From a virus (Duplodnaviria; Caudoviricetes), in the IMG/VR virus record IMGVR_UViG_3300008954_000001: DNA of 64,000 bases; one strand, given 5' to 3'. The notes beneath the pieces were generated by a model. The model did no database searches, was not told the DNA's origin, and saw only the letters and a program-made list of their open reading frames with translations. Positions 27,306 through 39,300 of this stretch are shown in pieces. The translations under genes were made by a program, and so were the position numbers. Positions within the stretch are counted from its first letter, which is position 1, and every line of letters starts with the position of its first letter.

Positions 27306-29999
27306 CTAAACCCCTTCATCGGCTAAGAGTGCCGCCGCATCAATTTCTTCTTCTCCACCGCCGCCCCCTTCAGAAGACTCCTTCGCAGCAATGATCGCTT
27401 TGATTAGATCCAGAATAACCAGAGGCAACCCGCCAGCCACCACAACGGCACCATGACCAACTTCTTCGGGGCCGCCATCAGGCTTGCTTTCCGCTGTCAT
27501 AAACTCGCTGATCAAGCCTTGGGTTCCCGCCCCCGTTACAACCAACATCTGAAAATCAGCGGAAATCTTGAAGTCTGAAAGCATCCGAAGGATGCCCTGA
27601 ATCCGTCGAATCAACTGCTGAATCTGCATGATCCGAGACTCAATCATCTTAATGTAGTTCAAAATCTGCTGAATGATTGCCAATAAGCCTTCTCGAAGCC
27701 CTTTTAGAAACTGTAATAGCTTCTCAATGAACTCCTCCACAGGCTGTAAGAAGGTGTCCAAGGGTCTTATTACGATCCACTTCCCCTCGGAAGATAGGCG
27801 AGTAGCAACATTAAGTACGGTCAACGCTGAATTAAGGACATCTTTACTAAAAAGGTTTCGGGCGGGGATCGCAACAGCGTTGCCTTCTCTAAACTTTGTG
27901 ACCCACTGCTCATCGTTTAGCTTCGCCATGTCAGCACGGGACATCGCAGTTTTTTTCATCCCCACAAACACGGGGACATTGTCCATATTAGCGTCAAGCT
28001 GTTGGATAGAATAAGTTGCAGCTTGAATCCCCAGAAAAGCATCGGTCGCCCACCGTGGGTTACAGCCGTCAAGCGCACTCTTGAAATTCCAACACCAAGC
28101 CAATCGCATCATATGTACGCCAGGGGTAGCCTCCGAGAAGGTGTTGAACCGATTACAGTGCTCATAAATCGTGAGCTTTTTGGCTTCTTCAACGGCGAAC
28201 ATATATCCAGGTTCGGGCACCCCACTACCGATACTTTTACTGACGTCGCTCCCATCAGCCGTAAAGAGTGAGGTGCCGTTAAATTCTAACATTTCCATAG
28301 GAAACAGGAGGGCAGATGAATGTTGTTCAACTAAACCCTCGAAAACAGCTTCGGGGATGCCACTCGACATCCGAGTAAACTCTTCCGCTATCGCATTAGC
28401 TGCGACCGCAAGTTTCGTTCTGGACTCAATACCGGGTGACCAATCGGACCATGGTGCAATACCCCCAAGGGCTTTGTTTAACTTGCCCGCAAGCGGTAGG
28501 AAGTTCGTGACTGCCTGTCCAAAGGGAGCCTCCTTTTGCGACTCAGCGTCCAAATCCCCTCGGCATAAAAGAGCGATGACGGCAGCGTTCTGCACCATCT
28601 GCATGAATTTCTTCTTTGCATCAGACGGGAAGCTGATCTTGATCTCTTGAGAGCTTCGACTCCGAGAAGCGGGTTCGGGCCAAACCCTGCACGTCACAGG
28701 CTTGGCGGGGTTAGCGATGTTGATGATCTCGAAGCCAGATTGCCCCTCGTTCTTTTCTTCATCTCCCATCCACTTAGGGGCACCATCATGGCCCACACCT
28801 TCACCACCAGAAGCTATCGAAACCCAAACATCACGGGCTGGCTCATCCTCAGGGGTCGGTTTCCCCGACGCAACACTCTTGATTGCATAAGGCATCTCTT
28901 CTTGAACGAGCTTGAACTTGTACTCAGGGAAAAAGAACCGAGTCGCAGCGTTCATGTGAATGACATGCTGCTTTTGTCCAATTGGACCGCCTTGGGATGC
29001 CTCTGCCTTGATCAACTCGTTTAGATAGACAGGCTCTTTGTCTTGTGGGCCTTTCACCAACCAAACACCCTGCTGGCCAGGGCCCGCAGGGGTGGTCACT
29101 GGCCCGTTGCCTGTTCCTAAATATTGCTTGTCCTTCACCAGACAGGCGGAACCCCCAAAGATCCTCAAAGGCCCGCCACCAACCTCAATCGGAGCTTGAA
29201 TAAAGCCGTTCTCCTTCTTACCAGCGGGTCCGGTGCCTCCCGCTTGCGGTCTGGAATATCCAGGCCACCACCCTCCAGGAAAGGTTGAGATTTCTACAAT
29301 GCAACATTCAGGGGGGAGTGGGGTAAGGGGCATCGAATAAGGTTTAGCGGGTGAGGCCGAAAACCCCCAAGTCAGGTTAGCCCTTGTTGGCGGGCTGTCG
29401 GGGGATTCCCAATGGTCCTTCAAATTCCCCCCGAATCCGAACTCGGATACGAACTCATACTTCACATCGGCAGGGGTTTGGAGGAACTTGCCTCCACCCA
29501 CATTGGAGAAAAACTTTACCAGCCCCATAATCGCATTGTAGGCTTTTATGAGGTCTGAATAATCAACTCCCATGTAGAAAAAGAGACCGAGAACGCCAGA
29601 AGCGGTACTGAAATCAGGGCGGGAAGGGTCGGTGCTGTCGATCAGCCAGTTAAAGGCTCTGGCCTCAAACGCCCCGTAGCCCCCCTCCAGTTCCTGAAGG
29701 GCTGCTTTCCAATCCGATGCGTTAACCCAAGTGTCCCAATCTCCTCGGAGATACAGGCCCGCTTTCCTCAGGTCGTTAGCGAGACTTTCAACGAGCGCAA
29801 TAAGCGCATCTAAAATAGCGAGCATTGGAGACAGCAAACCGAGAACGAAAACCTTACAAATCTCGATAATGATCAATACGATATCTAAGAACACCACAAG
29901 GAGTTCTAAAGTATCGTTGATAGCCGTAATGATCGGCTCTAAAAAGGGTGGGGGAACTTCAATCGAGGCCCCGCCCCATTTGGCTGCCTCCTCTGCCAT
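27306..29999 (-). CDS. Hypothetical protein with hydrophobic N-terminal and coiled-coil C-terminal helices, 897 aa
   Basis: N-terminal LELLVVFLDIVLIIIEICKVFVLGLLSPMLAILDALIALV is strongly hydrophobic. C-terminal heptads FIEKLLQFLKGLREGLLAIIQQILNYIKMIESRIMQIQQL. No family recognised. Confidence 0.8.
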   Translation of the reverse strand: MAEEAAKWGGASIEVPPPFLEPIITAINDTLELLVVFLDIVLIIIEICKVFVLGLLSPMLAILDALIALVESLANDLRKAGLYLRGDWDTWVNASDWKAALQELEGGYGAFEARAFNWLIDSTDPSRPDFSTASGVLGLFFYMGVDYSDLIKAYNAIMGLVKFFSNVGGGKFLQTPADVKYEFVSEFGFGGNLKDHWESPDSPPTRANLTWGFSASPAKPYSMPLTPLPPECCIVEISTFPGGWWPGYSRPQAGGTGPAGKKENGFIQAPIEVGGGPLRIFGGSACLVKDKQYLGTGNGPVTTPAGPGQQGVWLVKGPQDKEPVYLNELIKAEASQGGPIGQKQHVIHMNAATRFFFPEYKFKLVQEEMPYAIKSVASGKPTPEDEPARDVWVSIASGGEGVGHDGAPKWMGDEEKNEGQSGFEIINIANPAKPVTCRVWPEPASRSRSSQEIKISFPSDAKKKFMQMVQNAAVIALLCRGDLDAESQKEAPFGQAVTNFLPLAGKLNKALGGIAPWSDWSPGIESRTKLAVAANAIAEEFTRMSSGIPEAVFEGLVEQHSSALLFPMEMLEFNGTSLFTADGSDVSKSIGSGVPEPGYMFAVEEAKKLTIYEHCNRFNTFSEATPGVHMMRLAWCWNFKSALDGCNPRWATDAFLGIQAATYSIQQLDANMDNVPVFVGMKKTAMSRADMAKLNDEQWVTKFREGNAVAIPARNLFSKDVLNSALTVLNVATRLSSEGKWIVIRPLDTFLQPVEEFIEKLLQFLKGLREGLLAIIQQILNYIKMIESRIMQIQQLIRRIQGILRMLSDFKISADFQMLVVTGAGTQGLISEFMTAESKPDGGPEEVGHGAVVVAGGLPLVILDLIKAIIAAKESSEGGGGGEEEIDAAALLADEGV

Positions 30000-30308
30000 T
30001 TAGATGCCGCCCCCATGCTTGATCTTCTTGATCTTCATGTGAAGGTCTTGGACAAGTGCTCGATCTTTCTGAAGCTGCATCTCTAATAGCTTTTGCACCT
30101 CAGTCATCATTTGAGCACCGTCTTTCATGTACTCCAACTCATCTGCACCAATGTCTCTGGTTATGTCCAACTTTCCCGAAGTCATGCCTTCTCGCAAGAC
30201 TTTCAACTCAACCAGTTTCGCCCGAAGCACTTCCACCGTTTCATTGTGTTCGGTTTCTAAAGCCTCTCGGACTGCTTTTGCTTTATCTTTTGCTTCTTGA
30301 TCACTCAT
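30000..30308 (-). CDS. Small coiled-coil hypothetical protein, about 102 aa
   Basis: ATG at 30308 has GGAGG upstream and follows the stop of the giant ORF by 1 nt (ORF track starts at 30371). Helical, charged sequence. Confidence 0.7.
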   Translation of the reverse strand: MSDQEAKDKAKAVREALETEHNETVEVLRAKLVELKVLREGMTSGKLDITRDIGADELEYMKDGAQMMTEVQKLLEMQLQKDRALVQDLHMKIKKIKHGGGI

Positions 30309-30309
30309 A

Positions 30310-33300
30310 TCAACCTCCCATTGATTCCTGTAAACGCCGCATACGCTCTCGTTCAATGAGGCGTTCAACAAGCTGCGCTTTCCAATTACGAATATTAGCC
30401 AAAGTACCGTCAGTTTTAGTTGTCCGAAGGAAAAGCCACGCCAACCGCTTCTGTCGAATACGGTCTGTCTTATCCAAAATCTGATCGATTCGTCCTAACA
30501 ACAACGGAAACCCATCCTCCTCTGAGAACTTCGTATAGAAGGGATCTGGAGTATCGTTAGGGGGATGTTCAATATCGAGAAGGATATCCTCCAAGATTAC
30601 CCGTCGATCCAACGCCGATAAGCAATCGGAATCATTCAGGAAAGGGGCATACTGGTATTGGCCCGCCAAACCGTACAAGAAGTTGTTTCGAGGAACCCCC
30701 AACCCTGTGTCTGGGATCGTCGGGTCACCTAAATCAAAGGAGTGTCGCTCGTTTTGGAAATCCCAATACGTCCCACTCTTGTCTCCCCGCATGGCCCCCT
30801 CGAAGTTTTCCATAAGAGACAGAATCCGCTCACGGTGGAACAAAATCATCTCTACCGTGTCATCTTTCAGGAACTTCGTGGGTCGAATGACCTTGTACGA
30901 AAAGGGTCCAATCGAGAACGGGGTTTCCTTGAAGGAGTTGTGGGGAGGAACCCCTGTTTCACCCCCTGGCTCATCCCAAGCGGGGCCGCCATTCGCCCAC
31001 AGTCCTTGATGGGGATCTTCTCCAGCGAACGCCGTGGGCCGTAGATCCCCTTGACCTTCTCGACCGTTTGCCGTCCCATCCAGCGGATCAATCTCTCCTG
31101 ATAAGGAAGATGCGCTAATCGTTGGGTAAAGGGCGAAGAAATTAAGAGGGGTAGACCCGCCTCCGTGTAGCTTATCAATTGGATTTGGTTGGCCTGAAGA
31201 CCCGATGAGTTCGGAAGCTCCGAGCCGATTTGGACTCACCTGCACCCGTGTTTCTTCGATCTTCTCGATCTTGTAATAGCCTCGGTTATCGTCAAGCTCG
31301 CCCGGATAACCTTTCTCGTAACCATCAGCTTCGCTGACTGCGGTGCCAATATCTCCAAAAGGCCGTAAGCCTTCTTCAACGGGGTCGGGCTGTTCTTGTG
31401 TGTTGTCCCAACCTTCCACTTCTCCGGCAGGGTCAATAAGGAGATAGTCCCCTTCCTCGATGCCTTCCGATTGGAAATTGATCTGGCCGTCCTCCAAGCC
31501 AGCATTTGTGTCCGTGAGAAAGTTTACGGACGCACCATATATGTCTGTATTGGGGTGTGGGGGATCGCCGGGTTCGGGAACGGGCAAGCTGGAAGCGTCC
31601 CACTTCACAATGCCGCCAGCGGCGGGGTAGCCGTTTTCGTCATTCCCCGGCCCAAGTGCCGCCCGCCGAGTCATGATGATCTCTTCGGTAGCCAACTCTA
31701 AAAGCTGTTCGTTGGACTGCTGGTGAGGCACAGGTGGCCTGAACAAGTAGATTTCAAGCTGGTCCCCCGCTATGGGATCGTCTCCCACAAACCCTGGCGG
31801 CCCGATCTGAATCTCTGTTCCTTGCAGCCAACCAGCCCCTATATCCTCCAAGGTGCCTTCGACCTTGCTGATTTCCCCCCAACCTCGAAGCTCCCCCGTG
31901 GTCGTGTTCATCACTCGCACAATGTCGCCAACATTGATGTTCACATCATCATCGGTAAGAGGCCCAAGCTGAGTTCCCCAACCTGTAATGTCTTCGGCAT
32001 CGGGTGGGGGCTTCACTATCAACTTACCGAAGGTGTACCCCTGCGTATAAGAGACACACTCGGAACGGCGGGTTTCATAAGCGAAGCGTAAGCCCTTCAT
32101 GGCATCCGATAGTGGGTCCAAAACATAGTTATGGAACCTACGGATGCGACGAACGGAGAACTGTACTCGTTCTACAAAGTGATCAAAGGGGTAATCTGGA
32201 ACCGTGTCACCATCTTCATCAGCGATGAAGTCTAAGACAGTTCGTTCACCGACCTCATTCGGGTCAAGGCTTTCCTCTGTGGCTGGCACAGTGCCGTTAT
32301 CATCACAAACAACTGAACGGGTCGCCCGACCTAAATCAAAGGTCGGCCTTGGGAAGTTGGGTTCAAGGAAAACCCCCGCCTCTGCCCAAAAGGTCGCATT
32401 GAATACCGTACCAGGGAGCAGACAGTTGAGACAGTTGTTTGCCACCGAAGCGGTGGGGTCGTTGATCCCAAATTCTCCACCAAGAGACAGAAACGAAATA
32501 TCAATGTATGTGGGGATAGTCTCGTAGGCGGCCAGAGCGTTCTCGTCTTCTTGGAACTCTCCATGAACCCAACCCGTCGCAGGGGTCTTACCTACCAGAA
32601 TATGTCCCTCTGGACCCTTATCGGGGTTGACCCCCATCCAATCGTGTTTGCGGATACGGGCACGGTTGTAAAGCCCGTCATAAGGCAACGGCGGTTCGTA
32701 ATCCCCGTCTCCATGGGCGGTCCAAGTTTGGGTGTCCCCATAAGCCATATCTTCATTTTGAAGCTGAATATCTACGAACCCACGAATAGCTCGATGCTCT
32801 CGTAAGCCGTCTACGCCGAGATCGGTCGCCCTTGGGTTCGGGTCGTCGGGAAGCTCGCTCCAATCATGGCCTGACAGTCGAATATCGGGGTACTTGGTAG
32901 TGTTGGGGTGTTTGATATTGATTGGAAAGAACTTCGCTCCTGTGATGTTCTTTCCAACAGAAGCGATCACTAACTCTTTAGCGTCCTCGTAAGAAAGAAC
33001 GGTGCCTCCCCCTCCTTTTGCCGTATCGAGATCAAGCGTAAAAGTTCCTGCCGCCGCATCAATCGCCGTGTATTCGCACCGAAGAACCGCTTCATCCAAG
33101 TCGGTCTGGTTCATACTGTCGGTGGGGTTTTCAAACAGGATGTAAAGGTAAGCCTCAAAAAGACCTACACCTCCGGGGTCTAACCAACTTGTTCCGTTCG
33201 TAGTGGGTGCGCCGTCAAAAGTTCGGAGACCTGAAACGGTAAGAATGTCGTTGGCCTCATCAAAAGCTGTGATAGCTGGAACACGAAGGTCCAACCACCC

Positions 33301-36300
33301 ATCATTTGTGTTCCAATTAACTGTTTCTTCGGATGCTCGAACAGGTCGCATCGGGGCTTTTTGCCCGTTGATGGTTCCAGTTCCTTCCCAAGCGGGATCG
33401 GGATAAAACGTCCCCCCCGCTGGTGTCAGATTTTTCCCGTCCGAATGGTTTTGGGGGTCGAGGCCGTAGCGCACCAAATAGGTGCCGACTTTAGTAGAGG
33501 CGTACTCTCCTGGCCCTGTTTGAATGTAAACCACATCTCCCGCTTCCACTTCGGGGCACTTGAAGGAGCACTCATCGGGATCGTTCAGATATGGCATAGT
33601 TTCATCCATACTGTACGTTGAGATACGATTCGGGAACGAGCTTGAACCCGTTAACGGGTCTGCGTCTGCGTCTTGGTGCCAGAGCATGTCCCCATATCTT
33701 CCTTCGGGCAGATTGGGGGGGATCACCAGCGAGGTTGGTGTCAGGTCAGAGGACGGGATCGCCGCTGTCTTGGCCGCTTCTGTGAAGGTGATTGGGACAT
33801 TCCCGTGGGCTTCAAAGCCCATCACTCTCAAGACCCCATAACCAGTTCGCCAATAGCCCACACCGTCAATCGTAGGGGGTTCCTCTCCAGCAGGTATGTT
33901 GTCGGGATCGATATCCGTCATCCAATCGTGTCGAGGAAGGAAGGTGAACGGAACGCCCCCATTAACATGCGCCATGTCGTTTACGTTGAGGGGGATCTCT
34001 ACTGGCAATCCTATCCAGTTGAAGTAATCGGAGTCGGTTTCAATCGCTTGCCCCGTGACCTTGGAGACGTTCAGATCCATTTCCAAGTTGATCTCGGAAA
34101 TCGGATGGGTGGTGCCTCGAACTTTCCCGTTACGGACATCCACAGGGCAGGTGAAGGTCAGACGGTCTGAATCAATGTACGCATTGACTCCATCGATAAC
34201 CTCCACGCTCATAAGCACTTCCTCATAAGCGTCGGCAAAATCGCTCACAATGGCGGGGGAGTGATCAATAATATCCCCTTCCCACACCTCGGCATGGCCC
34301 CATGTGTAGCGTTCACGAGGGATAAAGGGGGCAATACTTGGGTCTCCCGAACCATCGTTGATTTCATACGGAAGGTTGTCCGTCAGGTCGATATGGACAA
34401 ACCTCGTCCAATCGAACCATGAACTCACGGCGTTGGGATCATGGTCAGGATTAGCCAACCCTTCGTCGGGGTGGCCTGGAGGGAACGGGTCTGAATACTG
34501 TTCGGGAGCTTCGGGGTGGTAGGTCCGAATCACCATCACCGCACTCGGAGAGTCGTTGGTGGTGTACAGCCATTGTTCGTGCAGGGTTCCACCTACCCCA
34601 TCGGGTGTTTGGATATACCCGATGGGGGAGCCGTCTATTTCAAGTTGGAACACATGCGCTGCACCTGCCCCGCCCATAAGTTCGGGATCGTCTCCCATCG
34701 TGACTTTGACGACATCGAGCGTAAGGAGCACGGAGCCGTCTCCCGCAAGCGCATCGGGTTCGTAAGAGTAAGTGATTGGCGGGCCGGGATCTTCGATCAA
34801 AGTCGCCCGTTGTAGAAGCTGGAAGGTCAGCTTGGTTCCGACTTCTGCTTGTGCAAGAAGGTCATTCAACCCCCCTGTAGCAACATCATATCCGGGCGTA
34901 CCGCTGGAAGGATCGTAGTAGCCACTTCCAAACGGAGTGGTGTCGTTCGCCGCCCCGTCATCTACATTGAAGCCGATGATCTCGAACTCAAGCCTTGTCT
35001 CGGTGTATCCCTGCTCATGGGGGAAAAGAGGGTCCGAACCATTTACAACGGTCTCTCGAACCCGAAGCCCCGACTCCACATAAATAGCGTCCGACTCGAA
35101 GTTCCCCATCGTCGCCATGGCCCGATTGATTTCATAGTTGATCGGGGTTTCAGGCTTCGACCGAGTAACGAATCGAGGGACCGAGATAACGGAATACCTG
35201 TCTGGCTCTTCTCCATGAACGGTGTAGCCGCCTACAGACAAGAACCCTTGGACCCCTGCTGGTGCAGGGAGTGGAGCACCTTGATCTGTTTCAATAAGGA
35301 CCAAATCTCCCGCTCGGAGATCCCCCAACCCACTACCATCCTCGTAAGTACCACCCACAGGGGCAGCGTCAGCCTCTAACTTCAACCCTGACCCGTCTGC
35401 TTCTGCAAGAGGGAAAGCCGTGTTGAAAATCTCATCGGGATAAACAGACTTCCACACATGGGGGAGTGGGGTGAAAGTGCTGTCCTGCTGCATAATGGCG
35501 ATAACGCTCGCCATAGCCTCCCTGAGCCGCACCAACTCTGTGTTGGTAGACTTCATATAGGGGAGGGTGTAATCCCCGCTGTCGTCCCGTGTCTCGCCTT
35601 TGAGGGCGGGGATCGCAAGGGGGGTCAAGCTGGAATTATAGAAATCCGCATCCCCCTCAATACGTTGATGTGGGTTCGGCCCGTGTTGCCCAAACATCTC
35701 GTGTATTCCGAGCATTGGAGTGGACCATTCAGGGAAAGTAAGGTCTCGAATCCGCCCGCTTCCTGAAACAGTGTAATCAAAGCCTTCTCGGTAGGTGGGT
35801 AGGCTGGAAGCGTATGCTCCCAAGTCACTAAATGAGGGATCGTCGGGGTCTACGCCTTCCGTTGAAACCCCGTCTCCGACCAGCATGACCAAAGTATCAG
35901 AATGGGCCAGCGTGATTGGCTCCTCGTTGTTAGCGGGATCAATGATCATGTTGGGATTGGTGATGATGTCCCCTGAAGCAAAGGTCATCACGCAGCCCTT
36001 GATGATTTCTCCAACGAAGAGTTCCTTGAACTCCTCGTTCGGACCCCACCCAGTCTTTTCGTTGTATTTCGGAACCACCATATCGCCATTCGGGTGTCCG
36101 AATTGGAGCCTCATACCAACGGCCCATGGTGGAACATGATCTTCCCAGTTACCCGTATTCAGGTCGGGCAATCCGTTTTCAGGGTCGGTGGTGGCAAACG
36201 AAGCTATGTTGGGCCAGCCCTCCTTTAGGGGGAAATCGGGCAAATCCACCACACTGGCGATTACGGCGGGGCGGGGGATCTCGGAAAAGGAATTTGGGTC

Positions 36301-39300
36301 TGCAACCCCACCATCAAACAACTCCTCGTCCAGTTCGGGGAACCCGATAATACTGTATCGAAACACCCGTGCTCGTGCGGTTCGTGGCCGCATGGTGGTG
36401 TCCGTAACATTTGTAATGGGGCCAATAACAGGGTTCTCCACTTGACCGATAGTCGATAGGAAAGTGCTTCGGAGTTTCCAATCCATGATCTTGAGGAAAG
36501 AATATGTCCCAAAGTCCATATTCTTAGGGTCAGCCCCTAATCCCGGATAGGTGGTGGTGAAGTAATTAGCCTTATTCGGGAAGATGCGAGAAAGATAATG
36601 CGTCTCCTCCATCGAACGAATCCGACCCTTGATCTCAATCTGAGGCCAACCAGGAAAACGCCATCGGATACCTGAGACCCTAAAACCAATCACTACTCGG
36701 TCGTCCACATCGTTTTTGATGTATTCCATCTGATTGTCGATCAGCAGTTCTCGCCAATCGGAAGATGGCATTACCCCATCCAACTCTTCGGCAGAGTCGA
36801 TGGAGAAATCTGTCGGGTCCACAATCAAATCATCTTCGTCTACGATGACATCTGTATCCGGGGGCATAAACCTCAAGAAGGCTCGCCCATACGCATAACG
36901 AGGGTTCAATTTCCCTGAAACAGGGTTGGTGAAGCCAGGGGGTGTGTATTCCAGCCCCTCTCCAACCCAAAAACGGAACTTACCGTCTCGATCTCCAACG
37001 ATTCGGCCCGTAGCGGCCTCGCTGATCTGTTCAAACCCAACGCAAACTTCATTGAAGAAGCTCAGATAGGCACGGGCTGCCCGATCAGTGTCATACAAAT
37101 GATCTTGTTCAACCTTGATCCCAACCCGACCGTTCTCCCAGTTCTTATCTCCACCAACAGCAAGCGTAGAGCCGTAAGAACTTTGCTTGGCGGCGGCCTT
37201 CTTGATGATTTCTGTTGCCGCTTCGCCCGCAAAATCCAACAGTGGGATGGCTCGGTAATAGAACGAGTCTGGTGTGTGATAGGAATACGTCCCCATCAGC
37301 AGGTTCCCCAACAAACCGTTGCCTTCAGATGGGGCAACCTCGTGAAGGTATCGAAGATTGAAAGTGGGGAACTGAGGGTAGCCCTCGACCATTTTAGGCT
37401 TCACTACTCGGATTCTAATCCTACGGAAAGTTAGCCGTTGGTCGCTCTGAATGTACTGTTGGATTGGGTACTGGAAATCGATATCCCCTGTTTGGGGATC
37501 AGCGATATAGTCTTGGAACGGGGTCATTGTGCGACCTGGAAGGGTCGTCCCAAACTTATCGACCTCTCCCCACAAAACGACATCGGTCTCTTCGGATGCC
37601 AAAAAGGGCCTTCCAAAACCTAAATACGTCGTATCGTCAGGGGGGTAGATGGGTCGGGTGCTGACCAACACTTCATCGTCCCCGTACAAAATGCCCTTAG
37701 GAAGGGGTGGGGTGATGGAAACGGTTGTCCTTGTGCCGTCCTCGGACAGTGCCAACCCTGTAATCGTATGGGGAGAGCCGCCGATCTCAATCAAGAAGCC
37801 TTGGCCCAACGCCTCGATCAAGTTCGCAAAGAAAATAACCTCTCCCCGTGTTTTCGGGGTTGGCTCAAAACCTACGTTGGAGGGTTCGGGTTCATCGGGG
37901 TTTCCGAAAACAAGCCGTTCCCCTATCGGAACCAGAAACCCGTGTGGTGAAGAAGCTGTGTTACCCCAAAGGTTCCCACTTGGGTCTTCGGAGATCACCA
38001 CGGGATCAGAAGGATCTACCTCTCTTGCTACAGGCCATTCCGTAATCAGGCTTAGAACATCATTTCCAGGTGCTCTGGACCCTGCTCCCGACGATGGGCT
38101 TTCAGGATAAAAAGTAACTGTGGTTAGGTCTGTTTCCGCATCGTAGGCGACAGCTTTCAAGTAAAAGAGAACCGACCCAAGACGCATCAGTTGGCCGGGG
38201 TGTAGATCCGCACTCCGATCTTCTAAAAGCTCAAATGAGGATACCTTTCCATCAAGGAAAAACGGTGGGCGGTACACGGGAGGTGCCGAAACCGTATAAA
38301 CCGACTCTCCCCCAAAGGCTTCAAGCACCGCATAAGTAATCGTGACCTTACGGCCAGCCAAAGTAGCGGCATATGTCCCATCCCAAACAGGAGTCGTCTC
38401 AATTATGGGGGAGTCAGGGTCTAAGGGGTCGGACAGCACAGCTTCAGGAAGGTCGGGTACATCGTATTCAAGTGTGATCTCATTCGTTTCGTAATCGACC
38501 GACGCTATGATCGGCCCATATTCTGAGGCCATCTCTGGACCCACATAGATAATAGGCTCAATGTCCTGACGGACTGTTCGCCCTGTCGGATTGAACTTGA
38601 AGGTGGTGTTATTGACCTTCTCACATTCTTCGGCTCGAACATGCAGCGGTAGGAACTCGACGATTTCTGGCAGGATGTTGTCGTCGTCATCTTTTAGAAG
38701 CTCTCCCGCCGCATTTGTCGTCTGATAGGTGGCTTCCACAATTTGCCACTCAAGCAACTGCTCTCGGAACATGAAAGCACCAGCCATCGGATTGAGAAAC
38801 ACATCGGTTTGATCCTCTGTGACCATCCGAGAATCCCAATACACTTGCTCACCCATATTGTTCGCAATATCGATCTCGCTAAGAGCAATCGTGCCGTCAA
38901 CCGAGTTCACCTCGGCTTTCCCCGCTTCCAACAGTTCGGGAGGGAAAAGAGTCTCTTCGTAAATGACGATTGCTTGACCATAATCGTCAAGAATCTGACT
39001 GCTGAACTTTAGCTCACGAGTATCTGCTGTAATTTCAACCCCTGTGGGGTCTTCACTGAAATCATCGCTTGTCGGAACTTCGACAAGCTCATCCGAAGCA
39101 ATAAGAAGCGTGGCGATCCGAAGCCGATAATCCCCCGAAGCAAGATGGGTGTCGTCAGGGATATGGTTGGAAGTCAGAAACAAGGAAGCGTTCGCCAAAA
39201 GTCCTAACTCGGTAGTTTCCAACCACCGCACTGCGGCCCTTGGCGCAAAGTAAGATAGCCCGTCTACTTCGGATTCGATCAAAGTGTGGTGCAGCCCAAA

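Noticed and set aside
30930-30950. HN-S tripeptide (PPHNSF) as an intein C-terminal junction in the giant ORF
   Set aside because: Lacks the hydrophobic residues of intein block G, and no matching N-terminal block or homing-endonuclease motif was seen.
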